Assembly (NCBI GenBank): GCA_016744065.1
Contig: JADGFA010000010.1
Span: 21,146 to 85,145 of the forward strand
Direction: 5' to 3'
DNA length: 64,000 bases
From: Gammaproteobacteria bacterium
GTDB lineage: Bacteria > Pseudomonadota > Gammaproteobacteria > SZUA-229
The notes beneath the pieces were generated by a model, which did not search any database, had not been told where the DNA came from, and saw only the letters and a list, made by a program, of their open reading frames with translations. A program made the translations under genes and the position numbers. Positions 63,326-64,000 of this stretch are shown one piece after another (the stretch's first letter is position 1; the number at the start of each line of letters is the position of its first letter).

Positions 63326-64000
63326 ATGAAAAGAATAATGATCAGTGCTGGAGAAGCCTCCGGTGATATGCATGCTGCAAATATAATAAAAGCGATACAG
63401 GCACAAAATAAACCTGTTGAATTCTATGGCATGGGCAGCTCACAACTGCATGAAGCGGGCGCGGAACTTTTAATCGATTGCGCCGATATAGCCGTGGTCG
63501 GTCTGGTAGAAGTACTGGTTCATTATCGCAAAATAATGAAAGCATTAAATACATTACGCGACTCACTGCGTGATAACCCGCCTGACCTTCTGGTTCTGGT
63601 TGATTACCAGGAGTTTAATTTCAAACTGGCTGAAACAGCTAAAGGGCTGGGTATTAAGGTCCTGTTTTATATTAGCCCACAGGTCTGGGCATGGCGCCAG
63701 CATCGCGTACATAAAATTGGCAAAATCATCGATATGATGGCAGTAATACTGCCATTTGAAGAGAAATTTTATAAAGATGCAAATGTACCTGTTCGCTTTG
63801 TAGGAAACCCACTGGTGGATAAAACCCAGCCAGATAAAGACAGGGAAACCTGCTTTAATGAATATAATTTAAGCACTGATAAGACCGTTGTAGGCTTATT
63901 TCCCGGTAGCCGTCGTGGCGAGATTAAGCGTGTACTCCCTATACAGTTAGCAGCCGCTGAGATACTACTCAGAGATAAACCTGATCTACAGTTTATTTTA
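63326..64000 (+). CDS. lpxB: Lipid-A-disaccharide synthase (5' partial; continues beyond window end)
   Basis: Hand translation from ATG 63326 gives MKRIMISAGEASGDMHAAN...YISPQVWAWRQHRVHKIGK...LPFEEKFY, which is co-linear with the E. coli LpxB N-terminus (AGETSGD; YVSPSVWAWRQKRVFKIG; LPFEKAFY). Missing from the ORF track because it is open-ended. Confidence 0.85.
   Translation, partial: MKRIMISAGEASGDMHAANIIKAIQAQNKPVEFYGMGSSQLHEAGAELLIDCADIAVVGLVEVLVHYRKIMKALNTLRDSLRDNPPDLLVLVDYQEFNFKLAETAKGLGIKVLFYISPQVWAWRQHRVHKIGKIIDMMAVILPFEEKFYKDANVPVRFVGNPLVDKTQPDKDRETCFNEYNLSTDKTVVGLFPGSRRGEIKRVLPIQLAAAEILLRDKPDLQFIL

Noticed and set aside
63342-63566. 74-aa minus-strand ORF
   Set aside because: It lies entirely inside the plus-strand lpxB reading frame, which has strong homology. 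Spurious antisense ORF.

Overview
This is a 64-kb chromosomal window from an AT-rich gammaproteobacterium. The housekeeping backbone is clear: rarA-lolA-ftsK; ald and trxB divergent; aat; hom; rpoS-nlpD-yqaA-pcm-surE; dnaE-rnhB, with lpxB running off the 3' end. Between these genes lie accessory modules. I found no transposase, integrase, CRISPR array, rRNA or tRNA gene.

Main points of interest:
- Signalling island (5.5-19.3 kb): a 1236-aa hybrid histidine kinase (dCache/PAS-HisKA-HATPase-REC-REC-Hpt), two REC-only regulators, a PhnD-like periplasmic binding protein, a second hybrid kinase with Hpt, and an NtrC-family sigma-54 activator. A good sigma-54 -24/-12 element (TGGCAT-N5-TTGCT) sits upstream of the operon.
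- Immediately downstream is a 1150-aa, extremely AT-rich, Asn/Lys-rich membrane protein. It appears to combine a periplasmic type-I binding-protein (ANF-receptor-like) Venus-flytrap domain with 7-8 C-terminal transmembrane helices and no recognisable output domain. I consider this the best candidate for something undescribed.
- A second LolA-like / two-FtsX-permease / ABC-ATPase / outer-membrane-barrel operon, paralogous to the real lolA, preceded by a triheme c-type cytochrome.
- An alpha/beta-hydrolase fused to a TlpA-like thioredoxin, next to a Cys-rich protein.
- A GH2 beta-mannosidase translationally coupled to a tandem alpha/beta-hydrolase protein with non-canonical nucleophile positions.
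- A ZnuA/ZnuB-like metal-uptake cluster with a His-rich outer-membrane barrel but no ATPase gene.
- frmA-fghA formaldehyde detoxification genes under a TetR-type regulator (not FrmR), with a perfect 22-bp palindromic operator.
- A 51-bp tandem repeat just beyond the rpoS terminator, and an unusually long (~660 bp), GC-richer noncoding spacer between dnaE and rnhB, with lpxB inverted relative to the usual lpxB-rnhB-dnaE order.
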